Source: Glaciimonas sp. (lineage in GTDB: Bacteria > Pseudomonadota > Gammaproteobacteria > Burkholderiales > Burkholderiaceae_D). From it: a stretch of 64,000 nucleotides of DNA. Location: positions 1,691 through 65,690 of the forward strand of contig JABBOV010000005.1 in the NCBI GenBank assembly GCA_012927625.1, given 5' to 3'. This document shows, one piece after another, positions 33,485-43,689 of this stretch (position 1 is its first letter; the number at the start of each line of letters is the position of its first letter). The translations under genes were made by a program, and so were the position numbers. A model generated the notes under the pieces. The model was given only the letters and a program-made list of their open reading frames with translations. It was not told the DNA's origin and did no database searches.

Positions 33485-33611
33485 AGGAACACATAAAATT
33501 ACGGATGCAACATCCATCCGATATTGAAAAAATCTGCGGAGAAAAAACACGACGCGTGCGACATCACTGTAATGACAAAGCTTTTAAATAAAAAAATACA
33601 ACCTAAAGCCC

Positions 33612-34670
33612 CTACAGCAAAGAATCTTTTCCTACACCTCTGGCGGCAAGTGAACGTTTCAATTTGTGCAACGCTTCCTGCTGAATTTGCCGGATACGTT
33701 CACGTGTCACACCCATTTCTTCCGCCAGCGTTTCCAGCGTAGCCGGAAAATCATTATCCAGACCGAAACGGCGTGCAATCACAATCCGCTGCTTGTTCGA
33801 TAATTTATCCAGCCATTCCCGCACCAGAGCCGTCATTTCAAGTTGCTCGGCACGCATGTCCGGCGCATCGTCGGTATCGCTGGGCAACAGATCCATCAAA
33901 CTCGATTGTGAATCGCCGTCCAGAGGTGCATCCAGCGAGGCCGCATGTTCGGACAGAGCAAGAATATCCTGCACTTCTTCCACCGACCGATCGATCAAGT
34001 GCGCAATGTCTTCGACTGTTGCCTCTTTGCCGTCCTGATGTTGCGCTTCCAGATGATATTTCGCCCGTAGAGCCTGGTTCAACTCGCGCACCATATGCAC
34101 GGGCAAACGCACGGTGCGAGCCTGATTCATGATCGCCCGTTCTATGTTCTGGCGTATCCACCATGTGGCGTAAGTAGAAAAACGAAAACCGCGCTCAGGC
34201 TCAAATTTATCGATCGCCCGCATCAATCCAAGGTTGCCTTCTTCGATCATGTCCAGTAATACGACGCCGCGATAGATGTAATGCTTCGCAATTGAGACTA
34301 CCAGGCGCAGATTGTGCTCGATCATCTTCTGTCGCGCCTCAAAATCCCCCAGCTTGGCCAGTGTGGAGAAATGCAGTTCTTCGCTCGCCGTCAATAACGG
34401 GCGGGTTCCGATCTGGTTCAGATAATGCTGCGTGGTATCGGTAGAAAGCTCTGCCACCAACACAATTTTCAGTTCATCTGGGTTGGTTGGCAAAACCGCT
34501 GCTTCAACCGCATCCGGGTCTTCGTTATCGTCGTTATCGTCGCAGTCGGCCCCATTTTCGCCTGGCATGTCATATTCGACAACCGCATCATCAAATGGCG
34601 TTTCGGGGATGTCTTGCACCTCCTCGTCGTCATCCTGATTCTTATTCCGGGGCTGCGTCTTGTTTATCAT
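33612..34670 (-). CDS. rpoS: RNA polymerase sigma factor RpoS
   Basis: Acidic N-terminus. Region 2 ([60 protein letters not shown]) and region 4 ([24 protein letters not shown]). Lies immediately downstream of nlpD. Confidence 0.92.
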   Translation of the reverse strand: MINKTQPRNKNQDDDEEVQDIPETPFDDAVVEYDMPGENGADCDDNDDNEDPDAVEAAVLPTNPDELKIVLVAELSTDTTQHYLNQIGTRPLLTASEELHFSTLAKLGDFEARQKMIEHNLRLVVSIAKHYIYRGVVLLDMIEEGNLGLMRAIDKFEPERGFRFSTYATWWIRQNIERAIMNQARTVRLPVHMVRELNQALRAKYHLEAQHQDGKEATVEDIAHLIDRSVEEVQDILALSEHAASLDAPLDGDSQSSLMDLLPSDTDDAPDMRAEQLEMTALVREWLDKLSNKQRIVIARRFGLDNDFPATLETLAEEMGVTRERIRQIQQEALHKLKRSLAARGVGKDSLL

Positions 34671-34676
34671 GGGCGA

Positions 34677-35606
34677 TCATCTGCTTGGCAAGTATTTGAA
34701 TGGGTCGACAGGCTTCCCTTGCTGCCGAATTTCAAAGTGGAGCTTGACTGCATCCGCATCGGTATTGCCCATTTCAGCAATTACCTGCCCCTTTTCGACG
34801 CTCTGACCTTCCTTGACTGTAATGATTTTATTGTGGGCATAGGCTGACAACAGATTATTGGTGTGCTTGACAATTACCAAATTGCCGTAACCACGAATTC
34901 CGCTACCTGCATACATCACCTTGCCTGAGCCGGCGGCAATCACATGCTGTCCCAGTTTGCCGCTTATATCGATGCCTTTATTCTTCCCTTCTTCAAAGCG
35001 GGCTATGACTTTACCTTCTGCCGGCCAAATCCAGCCGATCCCATCCTCGTCCGCATTGGCGCTTTTGGCAGGCTCCACTTTTGCCGGGGGTTTAGGATTG
35101 GCAGATGTACCTGGTACCTTGGCAGCTGCAATGGCGGCTACCGCTTCCGGTTTTTGCAACTCAGCCAGCGCGCTTTCCGAATAGGGTCGTTTGTCGCCGC
35201 GGGGAGTTGTTTTATTGCCGGCACTACCCAACGCTGTTGAAGGAGCCGATAACGCACGCACCTCAACCCCGGAGCTGGCGATACTGCCGGTTTGCGCTCC
35301 GCCAGTTGCCACATCGGGCGGCAGCGTGCGCAAGACTTGATCAACCTGGATATCGTTCGGATTAGCCAGATTGTTCCAGGCTACAATATCGCGATAGGCC
35401 TGCCCCTGATCCAATGCAATGCGATACAGGGTGTCACCTTTTTTAACAGTGTAATACCCAGGACCGGTAGGGGTTTGAGATTTGGCCAGCGCAACCGCCC
35501 TGGTTCCCGTCGCGTAATCGGTCACAGGTGCCGAATGACGGGGTGTGCTGCACGCTGCCAATAGGCCAAGCAGTGCTGCTGACAAACTTAAGCGTATTTT
35601 ATTCAT
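34677..35606 (-). CDS. nlpD: LysM/M23 peptidase lipoprotein NlpD
   Basis: Lipobox LLGLLAACS, LysM (YTVKKGDTLYRIALDQGQAYRDIVAWNNL) and M23 (GIDISGKLGQHVIAAGSGKVMYAG...LVIVKHTNNLLSAYAHN). Start set at MNKIRLS. Confidence 0.9.
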   Translation of the reverse strand: MNKIRLSLSAALLGLLAACSTPRHSAPVTDYATGTRAVALAKSQTPTGPGYYTVKKGDTLYRIALDQGQAYRDIVAWNNLANPNDIQVDQVLRTLPPDVATGGAQTGSIASSGVEVRALSAPSTALGSAGNKTTPRGDKRPYSESALAELQKPEAVAAIAAAKVPGTSANPKPPAKVEPAKSANADEDGIGWIWPAEGKVIARFEEGKNKGIDISGKLGQHVIAAGSGKVMYAGSGIRGYGNLVIVKHTNNLLSAYAHNKIITVKEGQSVEKGQVIAEMGNTDADAVKLHFEIRQQGKPVDPFKYLPSR

Positions 35607-35656
35607 TCTCACATTATGTTGATATGGCGCTGCAGCGCATGTCATGGCTACAGTTT

Positions 35657-36502
35657 TCATGCTGTTCCTGGACGAAGGGGGACAAAATGGCATTGTTCCA
35701 AAGCCACGCTGCTCCACTCCGATTTACTGATACGTTCGATTAATTGCAATTGCTGCTGTTGGGCACCTACCGGTGCTACCAAACGCCCACCCAAGGACAG
35801 TTGTTCCAACAATATGCGCGGTACTTCAAGACCAGCCGCAGCCAGAATGATGCCATCAAACGGTGCCGCTTGCGGCAGTCCAAGCATACCATCTCCGTAA
35901 TGTAGCCGGATATTGGCGATACGCATTGGACGCAGGTTGGATTTGGCCAGCTCATGCAGCGGTTTGATCCGTTCGATCGAAAAAACCTCCTTTGCCACCT
36001 GTGACAATACCGTTGCCTGATAACCGCAGCCAGTGCCGATTTCCAACACACGATTCAGGGTGCGGCCATTACACAGTATTTCCAGCATCCGCGCCACGAT
36101 ATACGGTTGCGAGATGGTCTGTTGGTAGCCGATAGGAATCGAAGCATCCACATACGCCTGGCCCGAGAAACCGGGTTCCATAAAAAGATGGCGTGGAACC
36201 AGCTCCATTGCCGTGAGTACCGCCCGATTCGTGATGCCCTGCTTGACCAGTCGCGCCACCATTGCACGCCGCAATGCGTCCGGCAGTGCGCCAGCCGTCA
36301 AATTGCTTGGCGCCTGCTTTAATGCCGCAGCGGCTGGCGTCAATTGGTTGCTTCGGCGCTGGCTATCCTGCGCACTGTTTTTGGTGGCAGTTTGCGGCGT
36401 GGCAATGGTACGGCGGGAAGAAAACGTGCCAAAGGATGATTTAAACGGCTTATCCGCAAGAGCAGACAGCGAGAGAGGAAACCGCCTGGCTTTGTCAGTC
36501 AT
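35657..36502 (-). CDS. pcm: Protein-L-isoaspartate O-methyltransferase with long N-terminal extension
   Basis: [30 protein letters not shown] and DGIILAAA motifs, in the surE-pcm-nlpD-rpoS context. Confidence 0.9.
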   Translation of the reverse strand: MTDKARRFPLSLSALADKPFKSSFGTFSSRRTIATPQTATKNSAQDSQRRSNQLTPAAAALKQAPSNLTAGALPDALRRAMVARLVKQGITNRAVLTAMELVPRHLFMEPGFSGQAYVDASIPIGYQQTISQPYIVARMLEILCNGRTLNRVLEIGTGCGYQATVLSQVAKEVFSIERIKPLHELAKSNLRPMRIANIRLHYGDGMLGLPQAAPFDGIILAAAGLEVPRILLEQLSLGGRLVAPVGAQQQQLQLIERISKSEWSSVALEQCHFVPLRPGTA

Positions 36503-37236
36503 AGCAACCCTTTCTTGAGCGCTTCTAATTGCGTGGCATGGGTCAAATCAATCTGCAGCGGAGTCACTGACACGTGTCCTTTCGCTACTGCGTCAAAATC
36601 AGTGCCTTCGCCTGCGTCCTTGGCGGCGCCTACCGGGCCGATCCAGAATATCTCACGACCGGATGGGTCATGCGCTCGGATCACCGATTCCGACTGGTGG
36701 CGTTTACCTAGTCGGGTGGCGATCAGCGGTTTGATTTCATGGTAGGGCCGATTCGGAATATTGACATTGAGCAAATAGGGCTTTGGCAATGCATCGAATT
36801 GTTTCTCGACAATCTCGCGCGCCACGCGTGCTGCTGCTTCCAGTTGATCCCAACCTTTTTGCACTTGCGAAAAGGCAATCGATGGGATACCGAACAAAAA
36901 GCCCTCGGTAGCGGCTGCCACCGTACCGGAATATAGCGTGTCATCGCCCATGTTCTGGCCCTGATTGATGCCGGACACCACTAAATCGGGTTTATACGAC
37001 AATACGCCGGTAAGCGCTACGTGGACGCAGTCTGATGGTGTGCCATTGACAAAATAAAAACCGTTTTCAGCGCGAAACACCGATAGTGGACGATCCAGCG
37101 TCAGCGAATTGGACGAGCCTGAGCGATTGCTGTCGGGTGCCACCACCACGATTTCGGCAATCGGCGCCAATGCATGTGCCAGTGCGATGATGCCTGGCGC
37201 CAGGTAGCCATCGTCATTACTGATAAGGATTCTCAT
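36499..37236 (-). CDS. surE: 5'/3'-nucleotidase SurE
   Basis: [16 protein letters not shown] and [21 protein letters not shown] motifs. The stop overlaps the pcm start. Confidence 0.95.
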   Translation of the reverse strand: MRILISNDDGYLAPGIIALAHALAPIAEIVVVAPDSNRSGSSNSLTLDRPLSVFRAENGFYFVNGTPSDCVHVALTGVLSYKPDLVVSGINQGQNMGDDTLYSGTVAAATEGFLFGIPSIAFSQVQKGWDQLEAAARVAREIVEKQFDALPKPYLLNVNIPNRPYHEIKPLIATRLGKRHQSESVIRAHDPSGREIFWIGPVGAAKDAGEGTDFDAVAKGHVSVTPLQIDLTHATQLEALKKGLL

Positions 37237-37357
37237 GGGGCAATTTTACCCGATGCGCCATCCTGAATTTGCATCTGATACGAGGTCTCGTAAAATTTAC
37301 GGCATAATCACAAAATGTTACGACCGTTCTATTTTATATAAGATACTAGGAGACTAA

Positions 37358-38332
37358 ATGAAAGCGCTCGTCTGTCACACATGGGGACTGCCCAACACAC
37401 TCAAACTTGAAGATATGCCGGATCTTCTGCCTGCAGCAGACCAGGTCGTCATTGCCGTCAAAGCGGCCGCCGTAAATTTCCCTGATGTTTTGATTATTCA
37501 GGGTAAATACCAATACAAGCCGGAGTTGCCGTTTACCCCTGGCAGCGAACTGGCAGGAATCGTATGCGCGGTCGGTGCCGGCGTCTCCCGCTATCAGGTG
37601 GGTGACCGGGTGATCGCCTGGGTAGCCCAAGGTGCGTTTGCCGAGCAAGTAGTGGTGGCGGCAAATGGAGTAATACCGATGCCTCCAGACATGGATTTCG
37701 ACACTGCCGCTGCCATCAGCCTGACTTATGGCACTTCGCACCATGCGCTAGTGGATCGCGCCCAGTTGCAAGCCGGAGAAACCATGCTGGTATTGGGCGC
37801 CGCCGGCGGGGTTGGACTGGCTGCGATCGAGATCGGCAAGGCGCTCGGAGCACGAGTGATCGCCGCCGCCTCCACCGATGTAAAACTGGCGATCTGTACC
37901 AGCCACGGGGCTGACGCGACCATCAATTACAGTACGCAAGACCTGCGCCAAGCCATCAAGGCGGCAACCGATGGCAAAGGGCCGGATGTGATTTACGATC
38001 CGGTCGGCGGCATCTATACCGAACCGGCTTTCCGCTCAATCGGCTGGCGCGGCCGCTATCTTGTGATCGGTTTTGCCAATGGTGAAGTCCCGAGCCTGCC
38101 GCTCAATCTCCCCTTACTCAAGGGCGCGTCTTTGGTTGGAGTGTTCTGGGGCGAATTCGTCAAGCGCGAGCCAAAGGCTAACCTGGCTGCGATGCGACAA
38201 TTACTGGGCTGGCTGGCCGATGGCACGATCCGTCCCCATATCTCGGCACGCTATGCGCTGGCCGAAACCACCGCCGCCCTCGATGCAATGGCTTCGCGCA
38301 AGGTAACCGGCAAGGTATTGATCAAGCCGTAA
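37358..38332 (+). CDS. NADPH:quinone oxidoreductase (MDR/zeta-crystallin family)
   Basis: 324 aa with GETMLVLGAAGGVGLAAIEIGKALGARVIA Rossmann motif. No catalytic zinc ligands are evident. Confidence 0.85.
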   Translation: MKALVCHTWGLPNTLKLEDMPDLLPAADQVVIAVKAAAVNFPDVLIIQGKYQYKPELPFTPGSELAGIVCAVGAGVSRYQVGDRVIAWVAQGAFAEQVVVAANGVIPMPPDMDFDTAAAISLTYGTSHHALVDRAQLQAGETMLVLGAAGGVGLAAIEIGKALGARVIAAASTDVKLAICTSHGADATINYSTQDLRQAIKAATDGKGPDVIYDPVGGIYTEPAFRSIGWRGRYLVIGFANGEVPSLPLNLPLLKGASLVGVFWGEFVKREPKANLAAMRQLLGWLADGTIRPHISARYALAETTAALDAMASRKVTGKVLIKP

Positions 38333-38349
38333 GTTAGAAAAACATGATT

Positions 38350-38376
38350 CACGAAAGCCACGAAAAGCACGAAAAA
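38350..38376 (+). repeat. Three tandem 9-mers CACGAAANN
   Basis: CACGAAAGC CACGAAAAG CACGAAAAA, 18 nt after the qor stop. It is the counterpart of 31169-31195. Confidence 0.7.
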
Positions 38377-38499
38377 AAATAGTTGTTCAGACCGCTGGCA
38401 GAGAACCATTTGATCCTCTTGCATAATCTGTTGTACACGCTTGAGGAAGTTGTTCTTAGCAGGATAAATAGTGATTACAAAACTATTAAGCGCATGAGT

Positions 38500-39592
38500 A
38501 TATTTTAAGTTCCAATGAATACTAGCGGTTAATGACGGGCAGATTCAACTACGAAGTGCAACCGGTACTGGTTTTTAGCGGGAGTACCTTTAAGCCAAAG
38601 CGCTCCAACATCCTGCGCCATCCCAGGTAGCTTTCAAGGGTGTCGGTAGCCACACCGTGAAAGCGGGCCAGCCATTCCTTGAGCCGACTGTCATAGGCAT
38701 TGACGTTCTGAATGTGATACGCACCCCGAACGACATGCACGCCCTGTGAAATGTTGACCGGACGGTGTTCTATGTGCAGATTTCTGGCGATGACGGTGTA
38801 GGCGGCGGCCCCGTCGGTGCAGAGGATGACATCGGTGGCCAGTAACGGCCCCAGCGCCGGCTCCATCTCTTTAGCACTCACCCCCGTGAGGCGAAAGTCG
38901 GCGGTGGCGCCATCCCGGTCCCGCACCACCAGCACCGCAATCTGTTCGGCCGAAGTGCCCCGTTTGGCGGCTTTGCCACCGCGCTTGCGCGCTTTCCGGG
39001 GCAAGTGCCGCTTGCCTTTAAATGACTCCAGGAAGAATGTCTCGTCCGCTTCGGCAATGCCCTGCATTTTCTGGGCTTTCTGCTGGGCGGGTGATTGCAA
39101 AAAGCGATGACGCCACTTGAAGCTGGTGTTCTTGGCCACGCCGCAGCAGTGTGCAGCCTTGCGCACACTCAAGCCATCAATCAAGGCCCGGGTGTAAGTG
39201 AGCCATTGGTCTTTGTGGCGCAGGCGCGCCAGCGGGGTGTGCGTCAAGGCATTGAAGGTGTGCCGGCATTGGCGGCAACGGTAGCGTTGCAAGGCGCAAC
39301 TGGTGCCCCAGCGCTGTAGTTGCGTATTGCCGCAGTACGGACACAGCGGCTTTTCCTGCAAACTGTGCTCTATCATTCGGATCACTTCTTCTGCGCTCTC
39401 CCGTCGATCCAATGTATGGCGCAGGCGATCTTTTTGTCCGCGGTTCAGCGCATTGAGTTGCTCCAGCCACGTTTTGAAGTCCAGTGCTTTCATGACGTTG
39501 CCCTCCGTAAACAGTGCGTGTCAAAGTTTAGGCAGCAATTCAACAGGTAAGTGCGACATAGCCGTTTTATTAGCGTACTACTATGGAGTAAT
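38500..39592 (-). mobile_element. IS1595-family insertion sequence (boundaries approximate)
   Basis: A single transposase ORF flanked by about 50-100 nt. Only weak imperfect terminal inverted similarity (TCCAATGAATACTAGCGGTTAATGACGG versus the rc of CCGTTTTATTAGCGTACTACTATGGA). The size of about 1.1 kb fits the family. Confidence 0.55.
38549..39493 (-). CDS. IS1595-family transposase (zinc ribbon plus DDE domain)
   Basis: CPYCGNTQLQRWG...YRCRQCRHTFNALTHTPLA is the N-terminal zinc ribbon. It is followed by IAEADETFFLESFKG...ILCTDGAAAY...NVNAYDSRLKEWL, typical of ISXO2-like DDE transposases. Confidence 0.85.
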   Translation of the reverse strand: MKALDFKTWLEQLNALNRGQKDRLRHTLDRRESAEEVIRMIEHSLQEKPLCPYCGNTQLQRWGTSCALQRYRCRQCRHTFNALTHTPLARLRHKDQWLTYTRALIDGLSVRKAAHCCGVAKNTSFKWRHRFLQSPAQQKAQKMQGIAEADETFFLESFKGKRHLPRKARKRGGKAAKRGTSAEQIAVLVVRDRDGATADFRLTGVSAKEMEPALGPLLATDVILCTDGAAAYTVIARNLHIEHRPVNISQGVHVVRGAYHIQNVNAYDSRLKEWLARFHGVATDTLESYLGWRRMLERFGLKVLPLKTSTGCTS

Positions 39593-41587
39593 AAAAAAAT
39601 CCTGAGCTACGTTCAATTCTCTGGTGCGCGTGAACGGCGGCAAGCTTTGCCAGATACGCTTGCCATACGGTTTTGAAATCAGGCGTGGGTCGCAGATCAT
39701 CAGCACCCCACGGTCGGCCTCATCGCGTATCAGACGGCCGGCTCCCTGCTTCAGCGTGATGATAGCTTCCGGCAACTGGTGATGCATGAAGCCATTCAAG
39801 CCTTTCTTTTCCATCACTTCGATACGGGCAGCAAGCACCGGGTCATCCGGCGGCGCAAACGGCAATTTGTCGATAATCACCAACGACAATGCCTCGCCGC
39901 GCACGTCGACTCCTTCCCAAAAACTCTGGCTGCCGATCAGCACTGCATTGCCCGCCGCGCGAAAACGCTCCAGCAGCTCAGTGCGTCCGGCTTCGCCCTG
40001 CACCAGCAGCGGGAACGGTAGTTGCCGTTTTTCAAACTCGGTGCGTAGACGTTCGGCCGCGCGATTCACGGCCCGGATGGTGGTGCACAACAGAAAACTG
40101 CGCCCACCGGCAGCCTCGATCAGTGGCAAGGCGGCATCGACTACCGCATCGGTGTAATCCGGCGAATTCGGCAGCGGCATGTGATTCGGCACGTACAACA
40201 AACCTTGCTGCGCATAATCAAACGGACTCGGCCAAGTTTGCGCCGGTGCATTCCGCAAGCCCATTTGCGATGCGTAATGATTGAAATCGTTCTTTACCGC
40301 CAGCGTGGCTGAGGTAAAAATCCAGGCTCGCGGCACACCCTCGCGCTGCTTGTTAAAAATTGGTGCAATCGAGAGCGGCGTGCGGTGTAACTGCAGCGAT
40401 GAAGAATACGCTTCCACCCACAGCACGCATTCCTGGCCGTCGTCGGATTTATCGTTGGCATTGGCGGCTCGCGTAGCCTGCGCGGTATTCCATAGATCGA
40501 GCCTGGCGCCAAGTTCAATCGCACGAGTGCGGCATTGTTCTATGGTGTCGGCCCGTTCAGCCTGACTTTCCAGGGTTTCGATCATGGCATGAAACTCTTT
40601 ACGCAAAGTCGCCAACGCCGGGAAAAATGTCGAGGATGCTGCAATCTGGTTTACCGACAATCGCACAAAATCCTGCGGAAATGCCAGCCGTAAATCGCGC
40701 GTGGCGCGCTCCACCGGCATCACGACCTTGGCCCATTCGGCGCCGTCACGGGCGTGCGACAAGCCTTCGGCCAGCACGTCGCGACACAATTCCAGTACTT
40801 GCGAAGTCGATATGGTTTCGCCGAAAAACAGGGTTGCGGTGTCTGGCAGTTGATGCGCTTCGTCAAAGATGATGGTGTTGGCCGAAGGTAGCAATTCAGC
40901 TACGCCGGTATCCTTGAGCGCGACATCGGCAAAGAACAGATGGTGATTGACCACCACCACATCGGCCTGCTGCGCTTCCTTGCGCGCTTTCATGACGAAG
41001 CAATCCTGGTAATACTGGCATTCCGCGCCCATGCAAGTGTCGCGGGTAGATGTCACCAAATTCCAGATCAGCGCGGTTTCAGGCACCTCCGCCAACTCCG
41101 CCTTGTCGCCCGAAGTGGTGGTTTTTATGAAGCGCGAAATGGCACGCAAATAACCGACGTCATCACGTGATGTCAGCCGGCCGTTCTCCAGTGTGCGCTC
41201 CAGATGATAATGGCAGACGTAATTGGCGCGCCCCTTGAGCAGTGCAACCGACACCGGCACATTGAGCGCGCGGCGCACGGTCGGAATATCGCGCAGAAAA
41301 AGTTGATCCTGCAGATTCTTGGTACCGGTCGAGACAATTACCTTGCCGCCCCAGAGCAACGCCGGCACCAGATAGGCAAAAGTTTTTCCGGTGCCGGTGC
41401 CGGCCTCGGCGATCAGAGTGGTCTGGCCGGAAATCGCTTCTGCAATTGCTTTCGCCATTTCAGTTTGCGACAAGCGCGCGCGAAAGCCGCTGACGTGTTG
41501 TCCCAAACGCCCGGTGGGGCCGAAAAGCTGATCGATTTCGGCATCGTGCGTGCCTTGAGGTTGCACGGAGGAAGAGTCTTCAGTCAA
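39581..41587 (-). CDS. ATP-dependent DNA helicase, DinG/YoaA (XPD-like, Fe-S) family
   Basis: EAGTGTGKTFAYLVP (Walker A), Fe-S Cys cluster (ANYVCH...CMGAECQYYQDC), DEAH box (IIFDEAHQLPD) and C-terminal motifs (GSQSFWEGVD, QGAGRLIR). Confidence 0.9.
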   Translation of the reverse strand: MTEDSSSVQPQGTHDAEIDQLFGPTGRLGQHVSGFRARLSQTEMAKAIAEAISGQTTLIAEAGTGTGKTFAYLVPALLWGGKVIVSTGTKNLQDQLFLRDIPTVRRALNVPVSVALLKGRANYVCHYHLERTLENGRLTSRDDVGYLRAISRFIKTTTSGDKAELAEVPETALIWNLVTSTRDTCMGAECQYYQDCFVMKARKEAQQADVVVVNHHLFFADVALKDTGVAELLPSANTIIFDEAHQLPDTATLFFGETISTSQVLELCRDVLAEGLSHARDGAEWAKVVMPVERATRDLRLAFPQDFVRLSVNQIAASSTFFPALATLRKEFHAMIETLESQAERADTIEQCRTRAIELGARLDLWNTAQATRAANANDKSDDGQECVLWVEAYSSSLQLHRTPLSIAPIFNKQREGVPRAWIFTSATLAVKNDFNHYASQMGLRNAPAQTWPSPFDYAQQGLLYVPNHMPLPNSPDYTDAVVDAALPLIEAAGGRSFLLCTTIRAVNRAAERLRTEFEKRQLPFPLLVQGEAGRTELLERFRAAGNAVLIGSQSFWEGVDVRGEALSLVIIDKLPFAPPDDPVLAARIEVMEKKGLNGFMHHQLPEAIITLKQGAGRLIRDEADRGVLMICDPRLISKPYGKRIWQSLPPFTRTRELNVAQDFFITP

Positions 41588-41653
41588 GATAAGTGATGGG
41601 AATAAGAGTAATGACTAAGAGTAAGAGAAGCAGCTGAAAAAAACGGTATTCAG

Positions 41654-41860
41654 TCAGGCCGGAACATCGGGAATAAGCTGCATTTTCAGCAGAGTGACGT
41701 AATCCTTCAATTGCAATTTGCGCTTCTTCAAACGCCGCAGCTGCAGCTCATCCGGGCGCCCACTCAAGATAAGCGCATCGATTACCGTGCCCAGGTCACG
41801 GTGTTCGACTTCCAGTTCTGTGATGCGACGCTGCGTAAGTTCTGGAATTGGTGTAGTCAT
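41654..41860 (-). CDS. DUF465 (YdcH-like) small protein
   Basis: 68 aa. RITELEVEHRDLGTVIDAL...ELQLRRLKKRKLQLKDYV is the typical DUF465 pattern. Confidence 0.7.
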   Translation of the reverse strand: MTTPIPELTQRRITELEVEHRDLGTVIDALILSGRPDELQLRRLKKRKLQLKDYVTLLKMQLIPDVPA

Positions 41861-42060
41861 GTGTGGCATCCAACTAAAAATTTGCAAATTGATCTGGCAG
41901 TCATGATTGCATAACCGACCGGCAATACAGTAGTATTAATCTCTTTTTGGTCACAACGCTGTGTGACTTTGCGCGGGACTGCTATTGCTGCGTAGATTTT
42001 CTCAAGCTACGTTTGTCGCCCCAAGGCAATTCAGACCGACAGTTTAATCTACCCGAACGC

Positions 42061-42852
42061 ATGAGCCAATATAAGTTAGAAGCAGGTACCGCGCAACACA
42101 TCGGCGACCGTGAGGAACAACAAGACCGGGTCGCCCTGTTTGCCGCTCCAAAAGCTCCCGGCACCATGTTGGCGGTGCTGGCGGACGGGATGGGCGGACG
42201 TACCGGCGGCGCGCTTGCCGCGGAACAAATCATCAAATCGGCGCAACAGTTATTCAACGAATTCTCACCTGGTTTGGAAACTGTTGAAGCCTTGCTGGGT
42301 AGAATCGTGCATGAAGCCCACAGCATTATCAAACTGAGCAGCTTCTCGTCCGAAAAAGAACCGCACAGCACCATAGTCGCTCTAGTCATCAGCCCGGACC
42401 AACGCGCCATTTGGGCGCATGTCGGCGATTCACGCCTGTATTTTTTTGAAGGGGCAAACTATATCCGCCGCACGATTGACCATTCGTATGTGGAAAGACT
42501 GGTCAGTGAAGGCAAGTTGAGCCGCCAAAAAGCAAAAAATCATCCACTCTCCAACGTATTGACCAGTGTACTAGGCTCCCACAAGAGGGAGCCTACCATC
42601 ACCTTCGGGCGACACGATAAGCTACACCCCGGGCATGCGTTTTTACTCTGTAGCGACGGTTTATGGCATTATTTTTCGAAGCTTGAAATGGCTGCCGCAA
42701 TTGCCACAAATTCGCCCCGTAGCGCATCCGAAATACTGATCCGCATAGCCCGGGAACGGGCCAACGGCCGCGGCGACAACTGCAGCATGGCCATCGTCAA
42801 ACTGGTCGGCACTGCAAAAAAAGTCACTCGATCAACACACTTGGCCGAATAA
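42061..42852 (+). CDS. PP2C-family Ser/Thr protein phosphatase
   Basis: GDREEQQDR, LADGMGG, VGDSRLY and CSDGLW..., DNCSMAIV motifs. Start set at MSQYKLE (ATG 42061). Confidence 0.85.
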   Translation: MSQYKLEAGTAQHIGDREEQQDRVALFAAPKAPGTMLAVLADGMGGRTGGALAAEQIIKSAQQLFNEFSPGLETVEALLGRIVHEAHSIIKLSSFSSEKEPHSTIVALVISPDQRAIWAHVGDSRLYFFEGANYIRRTIDHSYVERLVSEGKLSRQKAKNHPLSNVLTSVLGSHKREPTITFGRHDKLHPGHAFLLCSDGLWHYFSKLEMAAAIATNSPRSASEILIRIARERANGRGDNCSMAIVKLVGTAKKVTRSTHLAE

Positions 42853-42888
42853 TCCCGGTTCAGGATTCGGGTATTGCCAATCCCGGAT

Positions 42889-43635
42889 TCAGGGTGACGG
42901 CAGATTTTCTGTTGCGCCGGCAGGCGGCACTGCTGATGATTGCGCTTTACGAGTGCGATCTTTTTCGGCTTTTTTGGCGGCAATGTCGCGCTGATGCGCT
43001 TGTGCCTCCCTGATTTTTCTGTCATAAGCCGCAACATTATCTGCGCGTTTTTGCGCGCCGGCGGCTACCGTCGCCGGCATGTGCTGCTGTTGAGCCTGAT
43101 GGTCGGCAGTGCGCTGCTCGATATCTTGCGCATGGAGTTGTTCATTCTGTACGTTCTCCCTCTCTTTTTCTATATTGCGCGTCTGTTTTTGTGCGATTTG
43201 CTGTGCTTTTTGTTGGGCATCTTGCTCAATCTGGAGCGTTTCCAACGCTTTTTCACGACGCCTTTCGGTCAATGCCTGGTCTCTGTCAGCCACCCGCATG
43301 CGCCGTATTACCATTTCAGCCTCATTCTTTACCAGGCGCACCGGTTCCAGAGCAGCACGGCGGCGTTCTTTCGCCTTATCCCGGCAGGTGCTGACAAAAA
43401 ACATCCCATTGCAGGCTTGCTCATCCCGATCATATTGCAGTTCGATGCGGGCATTTTCGTTGGCCGCTTGTTGCTGCGCACTCTCAGCCGCCTCGACTGT
43501 CGCAATCGAACCGGGTGGATATTGTGTAGACAACGATGTGCCGGCCTCCTGAGCAACCGCGCAGTGGAAAAAAAGAGCCAGCAGACCGCCTGCCAGCCCT
43601 CTTGAAAGTAGCCTGCTTTTATGAATAGGCCGCAT
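42889..43635 (-). CDS. Secreted, highly charged coiled-coil protein (hypothetical)
   Basis: Signal-like N-terminus (LLSRGLAGGLLALFFHCAVAQEAG) followed by a long E/K/R/Q-rich helical region. The opposite-strand ORF 42940-43605 looks like its hydrophobic mirror artefact. Confidence 0.55.
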   Translation of the reverse strand: MRPIHKSRLLSRGLAGGLLALFFHCAVAQEAGTSLSTQYPPGSIATVEAAESAQQQAANENARIELQYDRDEQACNGMFFVSTCRDKAKERRRAALEPVRLVKNEAEMVIRRMRVADRDQALTERRREKALETLQIEQDAQQKAQQIAQKQTRNIEKERENVQNEQLHAQDIEQRTADHQAQQQHMPATVAAGAQKRADNVAAYDRKIREAQAHQRDIAAKKAEKDRTRKAQSSAVPPAGATENLPSP

Positions 43636-43689
43636 GCGATATATATCCAAATGGCAATTATTTAAAGGGCAATTCATCTAAATCTGACT

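Noticed and set aside
38350-38376. Possibility that the tandem 9-mers or the dispersed repeats represent a CRISPR array.
   Set aside because: The units are contiguous 9-mers without spacers, only three per site. The dispersed repeats are kilobases apart. No cas genes are present.
42940-43605. 221-aa plus-strand ORF opposite the coiled-coil gene.
   Set aside because: Its hydrophobic Leu/Phe-rich text is what the reverse frame of an E/K/Q-rich gene produces. The minus-strand ORF has a signal peptide and a sensible start. The call remains moderate confidence only.
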